In this document: piece by piece, positions 12,870 to 26,400 of the stretch
Numbering within the stretch: the first letter of the stretch is position 1
Layout: every line of letters begins with the position of its first letter
Assembly: GCA_964016885.1 (NCBI GenBank)
Contig: OZ024751.1
Coordinates: 41,230,001 to 41,294,000, forward strand
Length of the DNA: 64,000 nt
Origin: Eledone cirrhosa
Lineage: Eukaryota
Direction of reading: 5' to 3'
Program-made: the position numbers and the translations under genes
Notes under the pieces: model-generated
Seen by the model: the letters and a program-made list of their open reading frames with translations, nothing else
Told to the model about the DNA's origin: nothing
Database searches by the model: none

Positions 12870-13609
12870 ATAACTATGTGTTATGTAACATATTTATACA
12901 TTTTTCATATCTTGATTTGAGTGAGAATGCGTGTATGTGTTATATTACTGAATATAATCTGCTCCTAATCGAGTTTGTATATATATGCGGCTACTCATAT
13001 GGACGAATGAAATAAACAAAATTACCTCTTCAGGTACTTAATAATAATGGACTAGTGACATTATGTTTCATAGAATTCATATGAGAACGTTTAATAAGGA
13101 CAGAAGATAATATTCACACAACTGTTATCAACTCTGTATCATCTTATGAGGGCAACGAACTGGCAGAGTCGTTCGAGAGTCGGATAGAATGGGTTGTAGT
13201 GTTCGTTTCGGCAATTTGTTCTCCGGGTTCAAATCATACTGAGATCAACTTTGTCTTTCATCTTTTCAGGGTTGATTAAAAAGTACCAGTCTAGTAAAGA
13301 AGATCCACTTTTCCTTTATATCTTTCTCACTCTTTCTATCCTTCTCGGGAAGAAATCTGCTGTAGTCAGACCTGGAGAAGGGCTTCACCAGGTTTTAAAA
13401 TGCCCTAGAAACACTGTATACCAATATGGTGCCCCAACGACCCCCTCAGGAGGTAGGGACAAAGAGAAAGAGAGACCATCTTATATACCTGCCCTGTGTT
13501 AGAATTAGTTAATATTGCTTTACGTGGTTTCTAATATATCTTCTTTCTCAAAAATATCATTTTGAATAAACATCAAAAGAAATGGCTGCTCAAGATATGT
13601 TCCTGGCAT

Positions 13610-13925
13610 GTTCAAGGCCAAAAACTTGGGGGGGGGGGCGAAAGTCGATTAAATCGACCCCAGTGCGTGACTGGTACTTTATTTTATCGAACCAGTAAGA
13701 ATGGTTCCTTATATAGACACAAGGCCAGCAATTTGGGAGGAGGGGAAAGTCGATTAAATCGACCCCAGTGCGTGACTGGTACTTTATTTTATCGATATCG
13801 AACCAGTAAGAATGAAAGAAAAAGCTAACCACAGCTAGGATTTGAACTCAGAACGTAAACACGCTGTGACTGTATGTCGTAAAGCATATTATCCGACGTT
13901 CTAATCTTGTTCCTGTTAATGTTGC
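13610..13925 (-). mobile_element. tRNA-derived SINE (family 1-like) with internal duplication
   Basis: Reverse complement of the SINE consensus; the aaagtcgattaaatcgaccccagtgcgtgactggtac segment occurs twice. Confidence 0.7.
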
Positions 13926-14259
13926 TGGTACGCTTGTTGCCGTTGTCCATTTCTTTCGTTTTTTCTTTTGTTTCTTTTTCTTTTTCTTTTTCTTTTTCTT
14001 TTGTTTCTTTTTCTTTTTTTCTTTTTCTTTTTTTTTTTCCAAAGAAAAGGAGCACACCCATATCTCAGTAGTGCTACACTTTGGAATTAAGTTTAGAAAT
14101 ATAATCCCGAGGAAGCCCTCCTCCCATCACCCATCTTCTAACTAGGTGGGTCTCCATTTCCTGAGTAAACAATTCAATTAATAAGTATAAAGATGTTATC
14201 TCTGCCATCATCTAACACCCAAGAGACTTCAGATTACGTGAGGACAAAGTGTGCATGTC

Positions 14260-14960
<701 letters not shown>

Positions 14961-15175
14961 CGAGGGTCGACTGAAAAGTTCATTGGCTGAAATCTTCATA
15001 GACTGACCAAGATACTCTCATGGAATGACCAAATAAGATTTATTTTTCAACATAGTCCCTGGGAAGAAAAAAATCCAGTTACTTATAAGAAGAGTTGAAA
15101 TTAATGTATGCAAAGTTTCACAGCTCTAGCATCACTCTTTCATAGTCAGCTTATGAACTTTTCAGCCTACCCTTG
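14961..15175 (+). mobile_element. Mariner-type MITE (about 215 bp)
   Basis: TA-cgagggtcgactgaaaagttcat...atgaacttttcagcctacccttg imperfect TIRs; starts at the end of a (TA)n tract. Confidence 0.75.
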
Positions 15176-15368
15176 TCAGCAATTTTGGCGGAGGGGAAAG
15201 CCAATTAAATCGACCCCAGCGCGTGACTAGTACTTTATTTTATCGACCCTGTAAGGATGAAAGGCAAAGTTAATCTCGGCAAGATTTGAACTCAGGCTGA
15301 AAAGGGGCGGAACTCTATGCTGCAAAGCATTGCGTCCGACCCTCTACCAATACTGCCAATCCACCACC
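15176..15368 (-). mobile_element. tRNA-derived SINE, family 1
   Basis: Reverse complement of consensus ending in gccaatccaccacc. Confidence 0.8.
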
Positions 15369-15684
15369 CTAACCCTTGTGTATGATAATAAAAAAAGATA
15401 TTATAATAACAAATGGAAATTAGAATTAGAATAAATACCAAGTAGAAAGTAATAAAATGCTTCTATCAATCATTAGCAGTGTCATTTTTCAAACAACCTA
15501 TTATTTATCATCTCTAAACGTTTACGTTTAGAAATATTCCCAGTTCATAATTGGACAATTGTTTAAAACAATCGATATTCTTGTTGTCTTTCCCAAGCAA
15601 CGTTTTTCTAGCTAAATTCTAAACCTGTTAATTGGTTAATACGTTAACTCTTCTACAAAAGTATGTATCAACTATTACAAATCG

Positions 15685-16112
15685 TAAATACATTTGATCC
15701 TAGGTTTGCTAAAAAATAACTATCAAGAGCTACATAATATATTTGGTCCTATGTTTGCTTAAAAAAATAGCTATCAAGAGCTATATATTGTAAACGTATT
15801 TGATCCTAGGTTTGCTAAAAAAAATAACTACCATATGCTACATAATGTAAATGTATTTGATCCTAGGTTTGCTAAAAAGTAACTACCATAAGCTACATAA
15901 TGTAAATGTATTTGATCCTAGTTTTGCTGAAAAATAACTACCACCCGCTACATAATGTAAATGTATTTGATCCAAGGTTTGCTAAAAAATAACTACCATA
16001 CACTACATAAGGTATTTGATCCTAGGTTTACTAAAAGATAACTATCAAGAGCTATATATTGTAAATGTATTTGATCCTAGGTTTCTAAAAAATAACTACC
16101 ATAAGCTACATA
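15685..16112. repeat. About 55-bp degenerate minisatellite, about 8 copies
   Basis: Unit gtatttgatcctaggtttgctaaaaaataactaccataagctacataatgtaaat. Confidence 0.85.
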
Positions 16113-16266
16113 ATAGTGTATCCACATGTACGTTTGTAGTATAGAACTGTAACTCCTGTTCGAATCGTAGGATCACCACCGTAGTAACATATAGCATATC
16201 CCAATGGTTTATACTACCACCATCAGTTCAATTTTCTCAAACCTTCCTTTCTATTTCTATTTTCAG

Positions 16267-16302
16267 GTTTCTTCATGTCCTGTATTGAAGTTACTTCAAC
16301 AG
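16267..16302 (+). CDS. D8C-domain membrane protein, exon (GFFMSCIEVTST; probable end of signal peptide)
   Basis: Pyrimidine tract tttcag acceptor and ag|gtatga donor; 36 nt, phase 1-1, joins in frame to 17076. Confidence 0.7.
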
Positions 16303-17075
16303 GTATGACTTTCATTTTTGTTTCTTTTTGATTGTCGGTAAAACGAGCCACCAACAATGACAAGAACTTCCTTGTCAGAGACCCAACCCCCATTCCAACA
16401 TATCAACTATATTTGGTTTCTATATGGTTCTTGTCATTACTGTTTTGTTATGACAAGTTTCGAATTAACGGACATACCAACATTATCTAAATGTGATGGT
16501 ATAAACATTTATTTCTTTTCTCCAGAATTTTAAGTTATGAACACCACATCCTGAAAAAAATTATTATTATTATTATTTTGCCGGTAATTCCTGGCATTCT
16601 AGATTTTATTCCGTTTGGCTGTGGATGCAGTGAAGCCTCACCTTTACAGCAGTATCCAGGATGCTGGAATGAGGAAAGGAATCGCTAACTGTGGCGTTCC
16701 AAACGAGGCATCTATTTCTAACCGAGGGGCAAAGGGTAAGGTCATTTGGCATCTTCCCATTATCCAGATACAATATAGCTGATTCCAGAATTCAGAAGAT
16801 CTTGACTCGAGACAAGGGCTGTTTAACAAATTAGGTTCAATTCGGTACGGCGAGCGAAGCGACCTGTATTTAAGCAGCAAGACAATCCTTGAAAGCCCGT
16901 GGAGTCAAGGGAATCTGCCACAACCTTATTTAAATCCCCCTTAGATATCGGCTCCAAGCCTGATTCCGATGGAGATGTGGAGTTCTTCGAAACTGAATAA
17001 ACCACGGGCACGGCATAAACAATTTTCTATTATGTTCTCATTTATTTTAAAGCATTTGTTTTTCTTCTTCTGCAG

Positions 17076-17230
17076 ATCCTTGCAGTACTTATAAAAATAT
17101 ACAAGCCGCATCAAGACTTGTTGAAAATGAAATGAATAATGATACTAATTGTGACAAAGACTTAGAAGAGGCTTGGTACCGCTTTATCAGTAACAAACAG
17201 CCAGCCATTATTCCAACTAAGTGCATTAAG
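17076..17230 (+). CDS. D8C (uromodulin/GP2/OIT3-type Cys-rich) domain, N-half exon
   Basis: tgcag acceptor; DPCSTYKNIQAASR...NCDKDLEEAWYRFISNKQPAIIPTKCIK matches the DPC..Y..R..CD...WYRF...PT.C pattern; donor gtagta. Confidence 0.9.
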
Positions 17231-17311
17231 GTAGTACACAATGTTTGCATATATATATTTCTTATTTAGTTCATTAAATAAATCAACAAACAAATATCTA
17301 TCTATCTATAG

Positions 17312-17824
17312 TAAGGATCAAACCGCCAGATTCTTTCAAAAACGAAAGAGATGCGGTTTTCCTCTGTACAGTGGCTATGGTGAAAGAGGTTATATGGTGG
17401 ACGAGATTGAGAGGACTGAGGACAGATGCCTTTCTCTCCGGACAACAATTGATTCCCTTCTTTAAGTATCACTTTAGAAGGAGAATCAGAGTTGAGAGAG
17501 AGGCACTGCACCCCAGTAAATTTACTGAAAGGTGGGTGAATGAAGCGAAAATCGCCCGTGTGATTGGGCCTTCTCTGTTTATAAGCCTGTAGGTTAAAGA
17601 AGAGAGCAAAAGGAAGAAGGGAGCACTTGCACAACACGTTCCTGAAGTTGAGGGTTGTTCTATCGACGGGGTATTAAACAACCCTTTTGTGGCGCTTCTC
17701 CCCTATTGGGGATTTCGATTGTTATAATTGTTTGTTTTATATTTTTACACGACTGTATGTAAAATCCCCGGCATGTCTTTGTATTGTCCCCTTTTCTTGT
17801 GCGCCCTTGTGGCAAATAAAGAAA
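17312..17824 (+). mobile_element. L1/Tx1-like LINE 3' fragment
   Basis: ORF2-like C-terminal peptide (AMVKEVIWWTR...RRIRVER), then a 3' UTR ending aataaagaaa; flanked by (tcta)n. Confidence 0.55.
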
Positions 17825-17842
17825 TCTATCTATCTATCTGTC

Positions 17843-17897
<55 letters not shown>

Positions 17898-18166
17898 GAT
17901 TTCTATCTGTCTCTTTCTTTCTCTCCCAAACAGTCTCTCTCTTTCTCTCTCTTCACTTCTTCTCTCTGACATGTTTCACCGTCCACCTACAAATGGCTGT
18001 CCATTTCTCGCTGTTAAAATAATTTGCCTGCAAGCAGTATAGATTATATTCATCTCTCACCTTTTTCTAAAGTAATTATATGTGACGTCATTGTATCTTT
18101 AGTTACCCTTTCTCGCTCTCTCTGTCTCTTTCTGTTTGTCTGTATCCTTCCCCCTCTCTTCCCTCT

Positions 18167-18249
<83 letters not shown>

Positions 18250-18422
18250 GAGAGTGGTAGAACACTGGAAGGTAATATCCGTAGTGCGAGAGCACTCAGT
18301 CCATCGGGCGAGTTTGGTAGAAGTAGTAACACAACAGTTAGTTCACCATACCGAGAACACTTGTTTCACCTTATGCGGATCTTCAGCCGAGCTGAAGATC
18401 CGCATAAGGTATATTATATATA

Positions 18423-18599
18423 TTGGCAGTATGGGTAGAAGGTCGGACGTCATACTTTGCAGCAAAGAGTTACGGCCCTTTATGGTCTGAGTTCAAATCC
18501 CACCGAGGTTAACTTTGCCTTTCATCCTTACGGGATCGATAAAATAAAGTACCAGTAATACACTGAGATAATTGCTGGCCTTGTGCCAAAAGTAGAAAC

Positions 18600-18602
<3 letters not shown>
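18423..18602 (+). mobile_element. tRNA-derived SINE, family 1
   Basis: Matches the consensus. Confidence 0.85.
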
Positions 18603-18656
<54 letters not shown>

Positions 18657-18752
18657 ATCCGCATAAGGTATATTATATATATATATATAAGTAGAAGGGG
18701 TATTTAATTTGTAAATATGGTTTTATAAATTTAGTTTCCATTTATTTAATAT

Positions 18753-18791
<39 letters not shown>

Positions 18792-19020
18792 TTAGAAACA
18801 CACAGATACATGCGGACACACATATACATGAATGCATCCACACCCAACCGTGAGTTAAGGGTGCCAACCTCACCGATGTTGCTCAATGAATGACTGGGAC
18901 AGACCAATCCGGTTGAACCAGACTGAACCAGTATCAGAGTTAAAAATATATTATGAAGAGAGAAGAAGCATTTAGATATAATTAGTAATAAAATGTATCA
19001 TACCTAAACTGCTCCTAGAT

Positions 19021-19110
19021 TCCTCGACTACGTAGTTTCGTGGCATAAACAAAAACAATACATCATAAAGATATAGAGTCCCTGCGAGGTCTGCCGACTT
19101 ATCAAGAGGA
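19021..19110 (-). ncRNA. Type I hammerhead ribozyme, U3-A8 variant (family D)
   Basis: Same core and stems as 9044-9131; changes are confined to the stem II extension. Confidence 0.8.
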
Positions 19111-19287
19111 TACCTCATTTTACTAGTCTCAAGAACGCGTCTACACGACGTGAGAAAGAATCCCAAAAGGCGGGATAGTCACGCGATATAACGCGACCGT
19201 TATATCGCGTGACTATCTCCCCCTCCGCCTTTTGGGATTCTTTCTCACGTCGTGTAGACGCGTTCTTGAGACTAGTAAAATGAGGTA

Positions 19288-19377
19288 TCCTCTTGATAAG
19301 TCGGCAGACCTCGCAGGGACTCTATATCTTTATGATGTATTGTTTTTGTTTATGCCACGAAACTACGTAGTCGAGGA
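19288..19377 (+). ncRNA. Type I hammerhead ribozyme, U3-A8 variant (family D), intronic and sense to the D8C gene
   Basis: tcctc ttgataa gtcggca...tgccac gaaa ctacgtag tc gagga. Confidence 0.8.
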
Positions 19378-19446
19378 ATCTAGGAGCAGTTTAGGTATGA
19401 TACATTTTATTACTAATTATATCTAAATGCTTCTTCTCTCTTCATA

Positions 19447-19528
<82 letters not shown>

Positions 19529-20263
19529 GTGAGGCTTTTTTTACAAAATGAAAAATAACCGAGGTGTCCTACACGAGTGAAAGTATAAAGAAGAAAAGAT
19601 GAAATCGAAAATGCAAATGGAGTCTTATTTAAAAAAATATATATATATTTATATGGTTCCTTTACCGGTTTCTCAGTTCTTCTGCTTTTCAAAAGTAGAG
19701 TTGAGATGGAGGGTCTGGTTGGTCTCTCAATGTTACTTGTTTTATATGGAAAAAGTGGCTCGAAATGCCAGGTTTTTCGAGAAGTAATTTGATTGGTTGG
19801 TCAATAATTATAATAAATTTCGCGCCAGTTCGCGTTACAAAGTTCTTCAAACAAGGGGAGGGGTTGTTACATGTTGTTTTTTCATATATGAGTGTTTGAA
19901 TTTCTTTTTACTTAAAAAAAGGGGGGTGGGGGGCTCACGAAGGCTTTTTTTTTTATAAACGTAATTTGATTGGTTATAAATGAAATTATGGCTGTCACGT
20001 GAACAAATTTTCAGTAAATTTTCGCGCCCTTATTTGGAAATCCATTCTGTAGCCTTTTTAGAGAATTTTATGACAAGTAAAAGATAATGGTCAAGAGAAA
20101 TTGGATGGGAGAATTGTTCTGGTTCAGTGAATATGGTTAGTTCGCTGGGGTGTCAGAATTCAGATTTTCTATTGAATAAAGAAAGTAAAGATATGTATGT
20201 TTATTTGTGTGCTTGTGCGTGTGTGCTGTGTGTGTGTGTGTATTTGAATATCTTGTTACTTAA

Positions 20264-20311
<48 letters not shown>

Positions 20312-21068
20312 ATATATATATATATGTATATATGAAAAAATGGGGAGAAGAATACTGCAGGTTACACATGGATAACATGTTATAAAATGAGTCCCTCATC
20401 AGTGATTTGCCAACGATCATAGATATTTCATTGCATTAAAAATCATATACCTCACGTTGGTGCAATAATAACTAAATTAAGTTATTAGGACAATTAAAAC
20501 GCGTAAAGCGAGTGAGACAAGTAACAACAAAGAGGAAAGCTAAAGATCCGCATAAGGTATATTATATATATATGTATATATATATGTATATATATATATA
20601 TAAGATCCGCATAAGGTATATTATATATATATATATAATTGTTTCTACTTTAGGCACAAGGCCAGCAATTACCCAGTGCATTACTGGTACTTATAATGTA
20701 TCTTATTAAATACAATCATGTTCGCTGCAATATATAATTGTTTCTACTTTAGGCACAAGGCCAGCAATTAATCCGGTGCATTACTGGTACTTTATTTTAT
20801 CGACCCCGTAAGGATGAAAGGCAAAGTTAACCTCGGCGGGATTTGAACTCAGAATGGCAAGGGCCGTAACTCTATGCGTCAAAGACGCTGCAATATATAA
20901 TGTCAATATCTTTTCATTAAAACGTGTAGTAAAGTTGTATTTTGACTTCATCTTCTCAGCGCTTCGTAAATGTTCAAGGTATCGGCTACGTTACGTTTAC
21001 ACGATGTTTGTATTTGTATCTGTATTTATTTGTATTTTATCTTATTTTAATTTTTGTTTTGTTGACAG

Positions 21069-21300
21069 AATAATTACTGTGGTACTCAATTGGGGATGTT
21101 TATAGATCTAATGGGGCAACAACTACCAAACGTTTCACAGACGATCACTGTTAAAGCATGTTCATCGTTTGATATCTTAGGAACATGGGATTGCTGTGTG
21201 CTATCGAAGAAAATCGAAATGAGACGCTGCTCCGGTGATTTCTATATTTATCATCTGAAACCATCAGATAGATGTCCCGTAGCTTATTGCACTGTTCTAC
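21069..21300 (+). CDS. D8C domain, C-half exon
   Basis: gacag acceptor; NNYCGTQLGMFIDL...KACSSFDILGTWDCCVLSKKIEMRRCSGDFYIYHLKPSDRCPVAYCTVL; donor gtaagt; phase 0-1. Confidence 0.92.
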
Positions 21301-21569
21301 GTAAGTACCAAAAAAACTTTCTAAAATAGACATCTAGGAATTATTCTTTTTTCTTTTTCTTCTTCTTCTTCTTCTTCTTTACCTTCTTCTTCTTCTTCTT
21401 CTTTCCTGAGGGAAAGCAGTGTCCTCAAACTGTCAGGAGCTACCGTCTCCAATTGATCAGAGCTGAATCGCCAACTGAGACCAACTAAGCTCATGGATGT
21501 TATCCAACTATCTTGCTCGGGGTCTACCCTTGGGTCCCCTGCCGGTCGGTTTTGCCCATAAAATGAAAC

Positions 21570-22030
21570 ACCAGTAATGCACTGGGGTCGATTTAATCAA
21601 CTTTCCTCTTCCCTTCAAAAATTGCTGGTCTTGTGCCAAACGTAGAAACATTGGCAGTATCGGTAGAGGGTCGGACGCCATACTTTGACCCATAGAGTTA
21701 TGGCCCTTGCTATTCTGAGTTCAAATCCCGCCGAGGTTGACTTTGCCTTTCATCCTTACGGGGTCGATAAAATAAAGTACCAGTAATACACTGGGTAATT
21801 GCTGGCCTTGTGCCAAAAGTAGAGTAGAACAATTATTTTTAATGGCGGTGGATTGGCAGTATCAGTAGAGGGTCGGACGCCATGCTTTCCAGCATAGTTA
21901 CGTCCCTTTACGATCTGAGTTCAAATCCCGCCGAGGTTGACTTTGCCTTTCATCCTTACGGGGTTGATAAAATAAAGTACCAGTAATGTACTGGGTAATT
22001 GCTGGCCTTGTGCCAAAAGTAGAAACAATT
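21570..22030 (+). mobile_element. Cluster of tandem family 1 SINE copies
   Basis: Near-consensus copies at about 21650-21825 and 21844-22030, plus a 3' piece. Confidence 0.85.
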
Positions 22031-22454
22031 ATTATTATTGCTGTTGCTGTTGTTGCTGTCGTTGTTGTTGTTGTTGTTTTAAGTGTCCTCTCGTGTCGAC
22101 TCGTGTCTTGTGAGTGAAATTGGGTAGACGGAAACTATTTAGAAGCCCGTCGGATGGAGTACACCAGTAATTCAAATGGCCATTCTTGTTATATAGTGAG
22201 AAATGCATTAAGGATGCACCACGTGTATACGGAATACACAGCTACTACCACGTTGATTTCCCTTGATCAAACAGCTGAAAAAAAACACATCGTAGAAACC
22301 GACGGAGATCCATTCCGTATATGTCCTCTCGATTAAATCTCGGGGTTTGTCAGTATTACTCCGATGTCACAAATACATGTCTTATGTTGTTCTGCACACT
22401 ATCATTCAAATCAATATCAAAATGAAAACGAAATTATGTGTGCGTGTATGTGAT

Positions 22455-22492
<38 letters not shown>

Positions 22493-23225
22493 TGTATGTA
22501 CCTGTGCTTGTGTATACGTGTACGTGTATGTGTATGTACAAGTAACTGTGTGTGCGTCTATGTGATAGTATGTGTGCGTGTACGCATTTGATTGCGTGTG
22601 TTTGTGTATGCATATGTACATGTGAATGTGTGTGTGAGTGTATAATCAAGCGAGAAGGAGGAGGAGAAGGAGCTTACAATATAGCGAGCTATAAAAATGT
22701 TTAATTAATTAAAATAAGTGAAGAGAAAAATCATTAATCTTAATTATTAATTATTGCCAAGAAGGATAACTCCGAAATCCAAATTAATCAAAAATTGAAT
22801 GAGCGCCTGTAGTAGGGAAAGTGACAGACCTTTGACAAATGTGAAGACAACTCTGGACATATTTTAGTCTTATTAAACCTCCTCAGCGAAGTATAGTCAT
22901 GCCAGTAATTACGAGATCCTAGGTAGGGAAAGTGACAGATCTTTGACAAATGTGATGACAACTCTGGACATATTTTAGTCTTATTAAACCTAACCTCCCC
23001 AGCGAAGTATAGTCATACCAGTACTTACGAGATCCTAGATTACTGACAGAATAAAGATTAGACAATTTGAAATAATGTTCTACTTTAGGCACAAGGCCAG
23101 CAATTACTCAGTGCATTACTGGTACTAATGCCTGGAGGGGATTTCACTGAAATGCTTTCTGCTGGGAGAGTTATATAGGTGTAGGTTGAAATACTTAATG
23201 TAGTAAGCGACTATATATATATATA

Positions 23226-23290
<65 letters not shown>

Positions 23291-23429
23291 ACTTGGGAGA
23301 GATATTCAAGGCATAGAGCAACTAAGGTCCGTTGGTTGAGTTTTAATATATTATTCTTACCAGTAATACAACGAAGACATAACACGAACATTTTCATATG
23401 TATTTATATTAAACAAAGACGCTGAATTA

Positions 23430-26400
23430 AGGTTGTGAGTTCGAATCCTGAACCGAGCGGTGCATTGTGTTCATGTTGCTCCGGTTTACTCAGCTGTAGA
23501 AATGAGTTGCAACGTCACTGGTGCCAAGCTGTATAGGCCATTGCCTTTCCCTTGGACAACATCATATATAGTGTGTATATAGTGTATAGAGTTTATATAG
23601 AGTATAGTGTGTATATAGAGTATAGTGTATATATAGAGTATAGAGTGTATATAGAGAGTATAGTGTATATATAGAGTATAGAGTATATATATATAGAGTA
23701 TATATTATATGTTGCAACGTCACTGGTGCCAAGCTGTATAGGCCATTGCCTTTCCCTTGGACAACATCATATATAGTGTGTATATAGTGTATAGAGTTTA
23801 TATAGAGTATAGAGTGTATATAGAGAGTATAATATATATATAGAGTATAGAGTATATATATAGAGTATATATTATATGTTGCAACGTCACTGGTGCCAAG
23901 CTGTATAGGCCATTGCCTTTCCCTTGGACAACATCATATATAGTGTGTATATAGTGTATAGAGTTTATATAGAGTATAGTGTGTATATAGAGTATAGTGT
24001 ATATATAGAGTATAGAGTGTATATAGAGAGTATAGTGTATATATAGAGTATAGAGTATATATATATAGAGTATATATTATATGTTGCAACGTCACTGGTG
24101 CCAAGCTGTATAGGCCATTGCCTTTCCCTTGGACAACATCATATATAGTGTGTATATAGTGTATAGAGTTTATATAGAGTATAGTGTGTATATAGAGTAT
24201 AGTGTATATATAGAGTATAGAGTGTATATAGAGAGTATAGTGTATATATAGAGTATAGAGTATATATATATAGAGTATATATTATATGTTGCAACGTCAC
24301 TGGTGCCAAGCTGTATAGGCCATTGCCTTTCCCTTGGACAACATCATATATAGTGTGTATATAGTGTATAGAGTTTATATAGAGTATAGAGTGTATATAG
24401 AGAGTATAATATATATATAGAGTATAGAGTATATATATAGAGTATATATTATATGTTGCAACGTCACTGGTGCCAAGCTGTATAGGCCATTGCCTTTCCC
24501 TTGGACAACATCATATATAGTGTGTATATAGTGTATAGAGTTTATATAGAGTATAGAGTGTATATAGAGAGTATAATATATATAGAGAGTATAGAGTATA
24601 TATATAGAGTATATATTATATGTTGCAACGTCACTGGTGCCAAGCTGTATAGGCCATTGCCTTTCCCTTGGACAACATCATATATAGTGTGTATATAGTG
24701 TATAGAGTTTATATAGAGTATAGAGTGTATATAGAGAGTATAATATATATAGAGAGTATAGAGTATATATATAGAGTATATATTATATGTTGCAACGTCA
24801 CTGGTGCCAAGCTGTATAGGCCATTGCCTTTCCCTTGGACAACATCATATATAGTGTGTATATAGTGTATAGAGTTTATATAGAGTATAGAGTGTATATA
24901 GAGAGTATAATATATATATAGAGTATAGAGTGTATATAGAGAGTATAATATATATATAGAGTATAGAGTGTATATAGAGAGTATAATATATATATAGAGT
25001 ATATATTATATGTTGCAACGTCACTGGTGCCAAGCTGTATAGGCCATTGCCTTTCCCTTGGACAACATCATATATAGTGTGTATATAGTGTATAGAGTTT
25101 ATATAGAGTATAGAGTGTATATAGAGAGTATAATATATATAGAGAGTATAGAGTATATATATAGAGTATATATTATATGTTGCAACGTCACTGGTGCCAA
25201 GCTGTATAGGCCATTGCCTTTCCCTTGGACAACATCATATATAGTGTGTATATAGTGTATAGAGTTTATATAGAGTATAGAGTGTATATAGAGAGTATAA
25301 TATATATAGAGAGTATAGAGTATATATATAGAGTATATATTATATGTTGCAACGTCACTGGTGCCAAGCTGTATAGGCCATTGCCTTTCCCTTGGACAAC
25401 ATCATATATAGTGTGTATATAGTGTATAGAGTTTATATAGAGTATAGAGTGTATATAGAGAGTATAATATATATAGAGAGTATAGAGTATATATATAGAG
25501 TATATATTATATGTTGCAACGTCACTGGTGCCAAGCTGTATAGGCCATTGCCTTTCCCTTGGACAACATCATATATAGTGTGTATATAGTGTATAGAGTT
25601 TATATAGAGTATAGAGTGTATATAGAGAGTATGATATATATATAGAGTATAGAGTATATATTATATGTTGCAACGTCACTGGTGCCAAGCTGTATAGGTC
25701 ATTGCCTTTCCCTTGGACAACATCATATATAGTGTGTATATAGTGTATAGAGTTTATATAGAGTATAGAGTGTATATAGAGAGTATAATATATATAGAGA
25801 GTATAGAGTATATATATAGAGTATATATTATATGTTGCAACGTCACTGGTGCCAAGCTGTATAGGCCATTGCCTTTCCCTTGGACAACATCATATATAGT
25901 GTGTATATAGTGTATAGAGTTTATATAGAGTATAGAGTGTATATAGAGAGTATAATATATATAGAGAGTATAGAGTATATATATAGAGTATATATTATAT
26001 GTTGCAACGTCACTGGTGCCAAGCTGTATAGGCCATTGCCTTTCCCTTGGACAACATCTTATATAGTGTGTATATAGTGTATAGAGTTTATATAGAGTAT
26101 AGAGTGTATATAGAGAGTATAATATATATAGAGAGTATAGAGTATATATTATATGTTGCAACGTCACTGGTGCCAAGCTGTATAGGCCATTGCCTTTCCC
26201 TTGGACAACATCATATATAGTGTGTATATAGTGTATAGAGTTTATATAGAGTATAGAGTGTATATAGAGAGTATAATATATATAGAGAGTATAGAGTATA
26301 TATATAGAGTATATATTATATGTTGCAACGTCACTGGTGCCAAGCTGTATAGGCCATTGCCTTTCCCTTGGACAACATCTTATATAGTGTGTATATAGTG

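Larger units (their letters stand above)
18788..19452. mobile_element. Second copy of the 591-bp retrozyme-like element (partial unit plus inverted arm)
   Basis: Close homolog of the 8805-10680 unit with scattered substitutions; inverted arm about 19198-19452; flanked by (TA)n. Confidence 0.8.

Noticed and set aside
16600-17015. GC-richer intronic segment with short minus-strand ORFs
   Set aside because: No motif recognised; probably an old TE remnant but unclassifiable by eye
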